A DNA stretch of 64,000 nucleotides from Dehalococcoides sp. JdFR-56 (GTDB taxonomy: Bacteria; Chloroflexota; Dehalococcoidia; Dehalococcoidales; RBG-16-60-22), in contig MTNR01000061.1 in the NCBI GenBank assembly GCA_002011495.1, positions 2,131 through 66,130 of the forward strand, read 5' to 3'. This document shows positions 1 through 8,403 of the stretch, in pieces. The translations under genes were made by a program, and so were the position numbers. Position 1 is the stretch's first letter. Every line of letters starts with the position of its first letter. Under the pieces are notes generated by a model. It made no database searches, was not told where the DNA came from, and saw only the letters and a program-made list of their open reading frames with translations.

Positions 1-1150
1 GGGTCCCTCGGGGTGCTTCAACCACACCCACACCGTGTCCAGCACAGGGCGTAACCGCTTGCCTGGTATCGGGGTCCGTGAGCTCTGGGTCATTCAAGAG
101 CTCTACTGCCCTTTCTGCGCAATAAACTAATTCAATCAACCTTGCCCACTGATAAAGCAAGGTTGGCTGGGCTGGGCGACCGAACGTGCCTCTGAATTCC
201 TCCAGTTCTTTCTGGGCCAAAGGTGTCGGAATCCGGTCACACACGTTAATCCTCGCCAAGGCGTTTGTCCGGTATATCCCCACCGGGTGATTTAAGTCCA
301 TAGAGAACTGCCCCATTTTCTTGTAATACGGAAACTTAAGATAAGACCAGGGCTCCACGTGCTCGCCAATATAATCCAGATACTTTTCGGCAGGAAATTC
401 CTCGTATTTGCCATCAGGTGTCATCATGCGCAGGTCACCATCGTAGAGGTTCAGTTCACCGTTCTTAACTGTTCCCAGAAATCCGGTCTCAATGGTAGCC
501 AGCGATTTGACGACGTCCAGATATTTGGGGAAAATCTCCTTTTTGGCGAAATCAATAGCAAAAGTGGCGAAATCTAGGCATTCCTTCGCCATTCCCTTTA
601 GCGATTCAACCTCTTCCTTGGTAACGGGTTTGCTCCAGCCACCGGGAACAGAGACATCAGGATGGATAGCTTTCCCACCCAGAGTCTGCGTCATCATCTG
701 CCCCAAATATCTTACCTTAACCACCTGCTTGGCTATCTCAGGCACCTTCTGCACAATGCCAATCACGTTTCTTACCGAATAATCAGCATCGGGACCTATA
801 ACAAAGTCAGCTCCCGAGAGTATGAAGAAATGCAGCACATGGCTATGAATGAAATGACCCATATAGGCAAGTTCCCTGAGTTTTTTGGCAACCGAGGGTA
901 CATCGACGCCAAAAACAGCATCGCACGCTTTGGAGGAAGCAAGATGATGTGCCCAGGGACATACCCCACAAATACGTGGCACGATGCGCGGTAGCTCCTC
1001 TACCGGTCTGCCGATCGCAAACCTCTCAAACCCCCTAAGTTCCACAACATTTACCCTCGTATCAGCAACATTTCCCTGTTCATCGAGTTGAATCGTTATC
1101 TTGGCGTGACCTTCGATTCGAGTAACCGGTTGAATGACAATCTGTTTCAT
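1..1150 (-). CDS. mvhA: [NiFe] hydrogenase large subunit, Mvh/Vhu-like (group 3); 3' end cut by window edge
   Basis: Own translation of the minus strand from ATG at 1150..1148 gives MKQIVIQPVTRIEGHAKITIQLDE... It contains RICGVCPWAHHLAS (the N-terminal RxCGxCxxxH Ni-binding motif). At the window edge it reads GHGVGVVEAPRGT (EAPRG motif). It is absent from the ORF track because it runs off the window. It lies directly downstream of the small subunit. Confidence 0.85.
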   Translation of the reverse strand, partial: MKQIVIQPVTRIEGHAKITIQLDEQGNVADTRVNVVELRGFERFAIGRPVEELPRIVPRICGVCPWAHHLASSKACDAVFGVDVPSVAKKLRELAYMGHFIHSHVLHFFILSGADFVIGPDADYSVRNVIGIVQKVPEIAKQVVKVRYLGQMMTQTLGGKAIHPDVSVPGGWSKPVTKEEVESLKGMAKECLDFATFAIDFAKKEIFPKYLDVVKSLATIETGFLGTVKNGELNLYDGDLRMMTPDGKYEEFPAEKYLDYIGEHVEPWSYLKFPYYKKMGQFSMDLNHPVGIYRTNALARINVCDRIPTPLAQKELEEFRGTFGRPAQPTLLYQWARLIELVYCAERAVELLNDPELTDPDTRQAVTPCAGHGVGVVEAPRGT

Positions 1151-1165
1151 CTCTTGCCTCCTTGT

Positions 1166-2089
1166 TTATCTTGCCGGCTGTGGCCTCAAGCGACCTACCA
1201 CACCAATGAACCTGTTAAAGGTTGCCATCCTGTCTTCTATCTGTTTGGGATCAAGCCCGATTGAAGACAGGGCACCCATCATATCGACCATGGGATTAGC
1301 TCCAGCCCGTATCGGACCAAAGCAGCCACGACAGGGCATATATGCCTTTATGCACCGAGGAACTCTTTCGGCACCACCGCAACCAGCCCTTGTTGCCGGT
1401 CCCTGACACAGAAAGCCCTGCTCCATATAGCAACGTATCTCCTCAAACTTCTGTCCGGGAGAAAATCCAACCTTTTCTAGTGGTCTTTTCAAATTTGTGA
1501 TCGCCTTTTTCTCCCTTTTCACGGGGCAGTCATCACAGACACTCCGCTCAGGCAGAGAAAATGGCCTCCCCTCCAAGAGGCAGGTTAAAGCTTCAGCGAC
1601 TAACTCAGGAGTAGTTGGGCAACCGGGCAAACCTACGTCAACCTTAATAACCTCACTCACTGAGTACACGCGGTCCCCGAGGGGAGGTACCTCAACCGTG
1701 GGATTGCTAGCAGGGTCTGTGCTTTTGGTTTCCCGGTAAACCTTATCAAATATTTGGTCGATAGTGTACATATTTGCCAGTGCCGGGACGCCACCGAAGT
1801 TAGCACAAGAACCTATGGCAATTATTGTTTTACATTTCTTCCTCATCTCCTCAGCTACTTGCTTGTTCTCCTCAGTCCGTATGCCCCCGCTTATTATCCC
1901 CACATCCGCCTCCGGGATTTCCAACGCTGTCTTTTCTCCAGTTTGCCCATAGTATTTGTGGTCCATCAGGACAGGCATGTGGACAAACTCAAGTTTCGGT
2001 AGCAGGTCTAGAAGCGCCTCTCCCAAGTCCAAGATTGTTACCTCACAGCCACCACAGGTTGACAGCCATTCTTCAGCTACGCGTACCAC
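1166..2089 (-). CDS. mvhG: [NiFe] hydrogenase small subunit, Mvh/Vhu-like
   Basis: 307-aa ORF. GTG start with AAGGAGG 7 nt upstream. N-terminal LSTCGGCEV motif plus further Cys clusters (GSCANFGG, GLPGCP, CDDCP, RAGCGG, CRGCFGP), typical of FeS-carrying group-3 small subunits. A 15-nt gap separates it from the large subunit. Confidence 0.8.
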   Translation of the reverse strand: MVRVAEEWLSTCGGCEVTILDLGEALLDLLPKLEFVHMPVLMDHKYYGQTGEKTALEIPEADVGIISGGIRTEENKQVAEEMRKKCKTIIAIGSCANFGGVPALANMYTIDQIFDKVYRETKSTDPASNPTVEVPPLGDRVYSVSEVIKVDVGLPGCPTTPELVAEALTCLLEGRPFSLPERSVCDDCPVKREKKAITNLKRPLEKVGFSPGQKFEEIRCYMEQGFLCQGPATRAGCGGAERVPRCIKAYMPCRGCFGPIRAGANPMVDMMGALSSIGLDPKQIEDRMATFNRFIGVVGRLRPQPAR

Positions 2090-2103
2090 TTCTTAACCTC
2101 CTT

Positions 2104-2307
2104 CTATATTGGTGGTGCTCCTTCAACCACCACTTCTTTGACTACCCTACGGGTAAACAAGAAGTATTCTCCGCCCTCCTCAATCATCTCAACCTCAAAA
2201 CCGTCATCTTTATATTTCTGCGCCATTTCCCTCCTTTCCTTTTCATCAGTGTACACTCTCCCGTCCCACATAAATTTTTTGCCATCGAATACTCGCGCTA
2301 GCTCCAT
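2104..2307 (-). CDS. small hypothetical protein (67 aa) between mvhD and the hydrogenase small subunit
   Basis: ATG preceded by GGAGGAAG 5 nt upstream. Tightly packed between neighbours (14-nt gaps each side). No family recognised. No Cys residues and no TM segment. Confidence 0.5.
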   Translation of the reverse strand: MELARVFDGKKFMWDGRVYTDEKERREMAQKYKDDGFEVEMIEEGGEYFLFTRRVVKEVVVEGAPPI

Positions 2308-2321
2308 TTAAACTTCCTCCA

Positions 2322-2738
2322 TCAGGTCTTATAAGGATTTGGACCTAGCTCCCTGATTTGCTCCGTCATTTCGGTTACCACCTGAGCGAATCTCGGCCCT
2401 TCGGAGGCTGAAACCCATTCTAACCTAAACCTTTCTTCCTCAAGCCCAAAATCTTGCAGCATGAGCCTAATCGCCTCCGCCCGTTTTTCGGCTTTTAAGT
2501 TACCTTCAAGGTAATGGCAATCACCCGGATGACATCCACAGATTAATACCCCATCAACCCCCTTGGTTAAGGCACCGATTACCAGATTTGGGTGAACCAT
2601 ACCCGAACACATTACCCGGATTATGCGTATATTGGGCGGATATTGTAATCTGGAAACACCAGCTAGGTCCGCCCCGGCATATGAACACCAGTTACAGCAA
2701 AAGGTTAATATCAGTGGCTCAAATGAAGCATCACCCAT
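2322..2738 (-). CDS. mvhD: methyl-viologen-reducing hydrogenase delta subunit (MvhD/FlpD family)
   Basis: The 138-aa ORF carries the family signature FCCNWCSYAGADLAG ... IRIIRVMCSG ... DGVLICGCHPGDCHY. Confidence 0.85.
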   Translation of the reverse strand: MGDASFEPLILTFCCNWCSYAGADLAGVSRLQYPPNIRIIRVMCSGMVHPNLVIGALTKGVDGVLICGCHPGDCHYLEGNLKAEKRAEAIRLMLQDFGLEEERFRLEWVSASEGPRFAQVVTEMTEQIRELGPNPYKT

Positions 2739-2766
2739 ATTACCGCCTCTGGCAAATACTTTCTCC

Positions 2767-5700
2767 TTACACCGCTGCCTCGACCATGGCCATAATCTGG
2801 TCTAAACTGAAGTGTTTAACGAATATCCCTCGCTTGGGACAGGTTGCCTGACACGTCCCGCAGCCCTTGCATTTTAGTTCGTCAACCTCGACCGTCTTCT
2901 TAATCGTGCCGTTTTTCACGTACTCAATTAACGTGATTGCTTTGAACGGACAGGGGTCTATGCAATAAGCGCATCCGTCACAATTTTCGTCAATAACTTG
3001 GGAGATTGCTGCCTCAATCTCTATCTCGTCCTTTGAAATAATTGTGCTTGCCCTTGACGCCGCGGCTGATGCCTGGGCTATACTTTCGTCCACCGTCTTG
3101 GGGAAGTGGGCAAGACCACACAAGAAAACACCATCGGTAGCAAAATCAACTGGACGGAGTTTCATGTGCGCCTCTAGGAAGAAACCATCACTAGTTAGCG
3201 GAACCTTAAGTTTCTGGGCAAGTTCTTTGGCATCATCTCTCGGGATAACGCCTGTGGACAGGACCACAAGGTCTGCCTTAAGGTTAATATCAGCGTCTAA
3301 GACCGGGTCATATACTGTTACCTTTAGCTGCCCATCAAACCGCGCAACCTCTGGCGTTTTATCCCCGTCATAGACAACAAACCGCACGTCCTTCTCCCTC
3401 GCCTCGGTATAATACGACTCATTAAACCCATAGGTTCTCATGTCCCGATAGAGGACGAATACATGGGTCTCCGGACTCAGCTCTTTGATCTTTAGGGCAT
3501 TTTTGATTGCCTGGGGACAGCAGATACGGCTACAATAAAGCCGCGTCCCATTCCGAGAGCCGACACACTGAATCATAACCACTGTTCCCGGTTTAGACTT
3601 AAGGAACTCCCCATTGGCTAATTTTTCTTCTAATTCCAGCTGGGTGATAACCCTCTTATCCTCTCCATACAGATACTCGGTTGGCTTATACTCTTGACCT
3701 CCGGTAGCGACAATGACAACCCCATGCTTAAGGGAATGAACTGCGCCATTATATTTGAATTCCGTGGTGAAATTTCCCACCGAGCCTTCGATGTTTAAGA
3801 TTTGCGAATTGGTATAAATATGAATCTTAGGATGATGCTGTGCCCGGCTAATCAGCGACCTCAACCTTTCCTCAGGATTGTCGCCGTTTAAGAGAAGTTT
3901 CACTCGCCTCAGATTGCCCCCCAGGGCATCGCTTCGCTCAATCAGGTATGTTTCAAAGCCCTGGTCTGCCAGTTCAAGGGCTGATACTACACCAGCCACC
4001 CCACCGCCGATTACCAGAGCATCACGATTAATTTTTACCTTCTTTCGGGGAAGCGGTTCGAGGAGCCGAGCTCTGGCTACTGACATCCTGACTAGGTCTT
4101 TTGCCTTGAGCAGAGCTGCTTCCGGTTCGCTCGTATGGACCCAGGTGCACTGGTCCCGAATATTTGCCATTTCAAATAGGTAGGGATTAAGCCCTGCCTC
4201 GCGAACGACGCTCTGGAACAGAGGCTCGTGCGTCCGCGGGGTGCAGGCAGCAACGACAACACGGTTTAGATTATGTTCCCTTACTAACTGCTTAATTCTT
4301 TCTCCAGAGTCAGTAGAGCAGGTGTACAGAAAGTGTTCGGCACATACCACATTAGGCAGTGTCTTGGCATATTCGGCAACATCAGCAACATCGATCACGC
4401 CACCGATGTTCTTTCCGCAGTGGCAAATAAAAACCCCGACCCTCGGTTCCTCTCCACGAACATCCCTCTCAGGCGGATATACCTTTTCCTTCACCAATTT
4501 ACCCCGCTCCGTGGAAAGAAGGGAAAGTGACCGGGCGGCAGCGGCGCACCCCTGCATCACGCTCTCCGGGATATCTTTTGGTCCGGTGAAGGCCCCGGCA
4601 ACGAAAATCCCCTCCTTGGGAGAACTAACCGGGGTAAACGGGTTGGTCACGCAAAAGCCGTATTTGTTTAGCTCAAGACCAAATTTTTCGGCGATTTCAC
4701 CAGCGCACCTGGGGGATACCAGACCAGCCGATAAAACAACCATTTCATACTCTTCACACCGTTTCCTATCATCCTCGGTCAGATATTCAATTTTAAGATT
4801 CCTTGTTTCAGGCACTTCTGTAATCGTGGGCGGGCGGCATCTTATATAATTTACCCCCAGCGATTTTGCCCTACTATAGTACTCCTCAAACCCTTTGCTG
4901 AATGCGCGCATATCCATGTAAAATATGTCACACCTTAGCTCCTCTCCCAGATATTCCTTGGCAAGGATTGCTTCTTTGGTAGCATACATGCAGCAAACGG
5001 CAGAACAGTAATCCCTCTCGAAATCACGCGACCCCACGCATTGAATGAAGGCCAAGCTTTTGGGTGGCTTTGAATCAGAAAGACGCTGAATCTTCCCCCC
5101 AGTCGGTCCGGTGGGCGAGAGAAGCCTCTCAAACTGGAGGCTCGAGATAACATTGGGATACAGGCCAAACCCCAAATCGGGCTTCAGGTGCAGGTCGAAT
5201 AGCTCAAAACCAGGAGCTATGATTATTGCCCCTACACTTATGGTTACAAATTCCTCCTTATCCACCTCGTGATTTATGGCTTTTGCTTCGCACGCCTCGA
5301 CGCAGAGGAGACACTCGGAGCATATTGCGCAGGCAAGGCATCGCTTTGCCTCTTCTATCGCCTGCTCGGGCGTGAGCCCTCCCTGGACCTCGTTGAAATT
5401 ACGGATTCTCTCCCTCACTGGAAGCAGGGGGGCTGTAACACGCTTTTTCTTCTCAAGCCCTTTGAGTTCTACTTGCGCTCTCTCTGGCTCTTTTTTCTCA
5501 CGCCCAGCCCTGAGGTCCTCGCCCCGCAGATATCTGTCAATAGACTCAGCAGCTCTTTTGCCTGCTTCTATCGCATCGATTGCTCTCGCCGGGCCTGAGA
5601 CAGCATCACCACCAGCGAATACATACGGGACAGCGGTTTGCAGGGTGATGCTATCTACCTCTATCGTTCCTTGCTCCGTAACACGCATATTGGGTGCCAA

Positions 5701-7200
5701 GGGTAAAAGCGAAAGGTCAGGCTGCTGGCCAATCGCCGCGATGACTATATCGGCTGGGATTACGAATTCTGAGCCATTGATAGGTATGGGACGGCGCCTA
5801 CCACTCGCATCGGGTTCGCCAAGCTGCATCCTGACAAGTTTTATCTGCTCGACCTTCCCGTCCTTGGTCAAAATCTCAACGGGGGCGACAAGATACTGTA
5901 TTTTCACGCCCTCCTGCTCTGCTTCCTCAACCTCCCACGGACTTGCCGGCATCTCCGCTCTGGACCTTCGGTAGGCAATTATTACCTCACGGGCTCCGAG
6001 CCGAAGCGCGCTGCGTGCGGCATCAACTGCTGTATTGCCGCCGCCAATTACCACCACCCTCTTACCAGCAAGTTTTACATCTTTTCCGAGGTTAACATCT
6101 CTTAGGAACACTACCGCGTCTATAACCCCTTCCGAGTTCTCCCCGGGGATATCGAGCTTCAATCCTCTATGGGCACCCACGGCAATAAAGATGGCATCGT
6201 ATCCCTTATTTCTTAGCTCATCTAGCGAAGTTACCGGCGTATCGAGTTTTATTTCCACCCCAAGGTCGAGGACTGCGCTCTGGATTTCTTGGTCGATTAT
6301 TTCGCGAGGCAAGCGATATGCAGGCACCCCAACGCGCAACATGCCACCTGCCACCGGGAGTGCCTCGAAGATGGTAACGTTATACCCCCTCACGGCAAGA
6401 TAATGGGCACAGGATAGTCCAGCCGGCCCGGAGCCTATAATGGCCACCTTTTCCTTTCTCGTTTTCAATGTCTCTGGTAAGAGTGGCTTCTTGTCAGGAT
6501 TGGCAATTTCCCAGTCAGCCAGAAACCTCTTGAGCGCCGCGATAGATATCGGCTCATCCAATTCGCCTCGTTGGCATTCTGCCTCGCAAGGATGCGGACA
6601 TATACGCCCACAAATGCCGGGGAATGGATTCTCGCGCCTCTGCACAGCCAGCGCCTCGGCGAATCTGCCTTGGGCTATAAGGGCCACATAGGCATGTGGG
6701 TTAACACCCGCTGGGCAACCGAGCCTGCACGGCGAAACCCCTTGCTTGTCAATAGTAAAAGCGCTTGGGACCGCTTGGGGATACCGCCGATGTATTGCCG
6801 TGCGCTTTATAAGACCCAGGTCATATTCGCTATCAACTTTTATTGGGCATTTTTCTATACAGGCGCTGCATCCGGTGCATTTAGCTACGTCAATATATCT
6901 TGCTCTCTTTTTAAGGGTAACTTGAAAGTTTCCGGCGGAGCCACTAACTTTGTCCACCTCGGCGTTGGTGATAACTTCTATGTTCAGATGGCGGCTGATG
7001 TCGACTAACCTGGGAGCAATGGTGCACATAGCGCAATCCATCGTGGGGAAGGTCTTATCCAGTTGAACCATTGCCCCACCGATAGAGGACTTACTATCAA
7101 CCAGATAAACCTTAAGCCCAGAATCAGCCAAATCTAATGCGGCTTGCATTCCGCTTATGCCGCCGCCAACAACCATTACTGCTCCAATTTTCTCCGACAT
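2767..7200 (-). CDS. hdrA: 1477-aa fusion flavoprotein: HdrA-like FAD domain interrupted by a GltD/NfnB-like NAD(P)H module, followed by a complete second HdrA (HdrL-like)
   Basis: Uninterrupted ORF.
- aa 1-140: VVGGGISGMQAALDLA, DCAMCTIAPRL and CTGCSACIEKCP (HdrA-type).
- aa ~155-560: SPCRLGCPAG...GICGRICPHPCEAECQR, then KVAIIGSGPAGLSCAHYL and KRVVVIGGGNTAVDAA, ending VFAGGDAVSGPA. This is the glutamate synthase small-subunit / NfnB pattern.
- aa ~620-900: CLACAICSECLLCVEAC and FIQCVGSRD..YCSAVCCMYA.
- aa ~915-1477: VGVFICHCGKNIGG, AACTPRTHE, IRDQCTWVH, LVIGGGVAGV, QCVGSRN..YCSRICC, and C-terminal CDGCAYCIDPCP / CKGCGTCQATCP. Confidence 0.85.
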   Translation of the reverse strand: MSEKIGAVMVVGGGISGMQAALDLADSGLKVYLVDSKSSIGGAMVQLDKTFPTMDCAMCTIAPRLVDISRHLNIEVITNAEVDKVSGSAGNFQVTLKKRARYIDVAKCTGCSACIEKCPIKVDSEYDLGLIKRTAIHRRYPQAVPSAFTIDKQGVSPCRLGCPAGVNPHAYVALIAQGRFAEALAVQRRENPFPGICGRICPHPCEAECQRGELDEPISIAALKRFLADWEIANPDKKPLLPETLKTRKEKVAIIGSGPAGLSCAHYLAVRGYNVTIFEALPVAGGMLRVGVPAYRLPREIIDQEIQSAVLDLGVEIKLDTPVTSLDELRNKGYDAIFIAVGAHRGLKLDIPGENSEGVIDAVVFLRDVNLGKDVKLAGKRVVVIGGGNTAVDAARSALRLGAREVIIAYRRSRAEMPASPWEVEEAEQEGVKIQYLVAPVEILTKDGKVEQIKLVRMQLGEPDASGRRRPIPINGSEFVIPADIVIAAIGQQPDLSLLPLAPNMRVTEQGTIEVDSITLQTAVPYVFAGGDAVSGPARAIDAIEAGKRAAESIDRYLRGEDLRAGREKKEPERAQVELKGLEKKKRVTAPLLPVRERIRNFNEVQGGLTPEQAIEEAKRCLACAICSECLLCVEACEAKAINHEVDKEEFVTISVGAIIIAPGFELFDLHLKPDLGFGLYPNVISSLQFERLLSPTGPTGGKIQRLSDSKPPKSLAFIQCVGSRDFERDYCSAVCCMYATKEAILAKEYLGEELRCDIFYMDMRAFSKGFEEYYSRAKSLGVNYIRCRPPTITEVPETRNLKIEYLTEDDRKRCEEYEMVVLSAGLVSPRCAGEIAEKFGLELNKYGFCVTNPFTPVSSPKEGIFVAGAFTGPKDIPESVMQGCAAAARSLSLLSTERGKLVKEKVYPPERDVRGEEPRVGVFICHCGKNIGGVIDVADVAEYAKTLPNVVCAEHFLYTCSTDSGERIKQLVREHNLNRVVVAACTPRTHEPLFQSVVREAGLNPYLFEMANIRDQCTWVHTSEPEAALLKAKDLVRMSVARARLLEPLPRKKVKINRDALVIGGGVAGVVSALELADQGFETYLIERSDALGGNLRRVKLLLNGDNPEERLRSLISRAQHHPKIHIYTNSQILNIEGSVGNFTTEFKYNGAVHSLKHGVVIVATGGQEYKPTEYLYGEDKRVITQLELEEKLANGEFLKSKPGTVVMIQCVGSRNGTRLYCSRICCPQAIKNALKIKELSPETHVFVLYRDMRTYGFNESYYTEAREKDVRFVVYDGDKTPEVARFDGQLKVTVYDPVLDADINLKADLVVLSTGVIPRDDAKELAQKLKVPLTSDGFFLEAHMKLRPVDFATDGVFLCGLAHFPKTVDESIAQASAAASRASTIISKDEIEIEAAISQVIDENCDGCAYCIDPCPFKAITLIEYVKNGTIKKTVEVDELKCKGCGTCQATCPKRGIFVKHFSLDQIMAMVEAAV

Positions 7201-7206
7201 TCCGTC

Positions 7207-8349
7207 TCACCCTTCCAAAGACGTCTTGCCTTCCTTGCCGAGTTCCATCTGGGTTGCCTTTTCTTTGACTGCGTGAAAGTAAACCGCCAGCGGACGATAA
7301 AGAAGGTGAGGCGTCTTGCCAAAGGGCACAATAATCAGTGCCCATGGACTAAGTAGCACTAAGAAGATGACGTATATCCCGTAACCAACTTCTTTAACTC
7401 CCAGGGACAGAGATACATAAGCTAAAAAGAGCATGAAGACAAGGGTGGATAACCATATGGGAAATAGCCAGTCACTGAATTCAGAAAACTTGTGCATTGC
7501 CTCTTGTTTCTTGACACGGTCAACAACCAATATCGCGGTAAAGACGAATAAAACCGCGAGGACTACAATCACGGCTAGCTTGTACGGGTCAATTCCCGGT
7601 TGCTCGAATGGGTGATAGCCCGGGCGGATATAAGTCTTGAACGATTCCACTAATATAACCAAGATCAAAGTAAGTCCATACCCGTAAACAACAAAGAGGT
7701 GTTTGAACCAAAAAGCCTTCTCTTTACACTTTCTAAGCTGCAGCTGACTCAAAGCATGGAGCACCAAGGTTCTAAGCTCGGTAAGGTAAAGCCAAAAAGG
7801 AGGCCTAGGATTACTCCTGCCCAAAGTAAACCAAAACATCCGCAGGATATTGGGAATGAAAACGACCAGCGAGACAGCGAAGACCGCGGAGAGCGAAAAT
7901 AGGCTCCCGAATTCAAGAAGGCGGTGAGGATAGAGGTATAGTATTATTGAGGCGAGCATAGCCAGCCCAATCGTGGCAAGTGCCCCTATCTCCCATACCT
8001 TTGATTTATAGAACTTTGCCGAAAGGCCGGTCCAATCATACAGCGCGGTAAGGTACCGTCTGAGCGTCATCATCGATTCCCCGGTTTCCGTTTGCCGGGG
8101 ACATGAGGTGGCGCAATCGCCGCAGTAATAGCAAAGCCACGGGCCAAGACTGCCACGCAGCTTGTCTTTTAATCCGGCTCGCACATATTGTATATCTCTA
8201 CGGGGAGAAAAGGTGTTGCTATCTGATGTTAGTTTGCAGACAATGGTGCATCCGCCACAATTTAGGCAAGCATTGGCATCAAATTTGCCATAGTTACGGA
8301 CTTCGTCCAACAGGCCTGGGTCAGCCCAATTCTCATGTTTTCTCATCAT
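7207..8349 (-). CDS. QmoC-like protein: N-terminal HdrC-like 2x[4Fe-4S] domain fused to a multi-TM (NarI/HdrE-like) membrane domain
   Basis: 380-aa ORF. The N-terminus has CLNCGGCTIVCK ... FSPRRDI ... WLCYYCGDCATSCPR (HdrC-like spacing). About 6-7 hydrophobic helices follow, with several His residues in or near the helices (e.g. HRLLE, LHALS, KHLFVVYGY, TPHLLYRP). The architecture matches QmoC of sulfate reducers. Orthology was not tested. Confidence 0.6.
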   Translation of the reverse strand: MMRKHENWADPGLLDEVRNYGKFDANACLNCGGCTIVCKLTSDSNTFSPRRDIQYVRAGLKDKLRGSLGPWLCYYCGDCATSCPRQTETGESMMTLRRYLTALYDWTGLSAKFYKSKVWEIGALATIGLAMLASIILYLYPHRLLEFGSLFSLSAVFAVSLVVFIPNILRMFWFTLGRSNPRPPFWLYLTELRTLVLHALSQLQLRKCKEKAFWFKHLFVVYGYGLTLILVILVESFKTYIRPGYHPFEQPGIDPYKLAVIVVLAVLFVFTAILVVDRVKKQEAMHKFSEFSDWLFPIWLSTLVFMLFLAYVSLSLGVKEVGYGIYVIFLVLLSPWALIIVPFGKTPHLLYRPLAVYFHAVKEKATQMELGKEGKTSLEG

Positions 8350-8403
8350 CCATCCCTACTGCTGCTTGGAAGCATTCTCAATTATCAAAGGTAAATCTAC
8401 ATC

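Noticed and set aside
1-8349. Possible selenocysteine (in-frame TGA) recoding in the hydrogenase/HdrA genes
   Set aside because: Selenocysteine forms are common in homologs, but all of these ORFs are uninterrupted and carry Cys at the relevant motifs. No in-frame TGA is needed to obtain full-length products.
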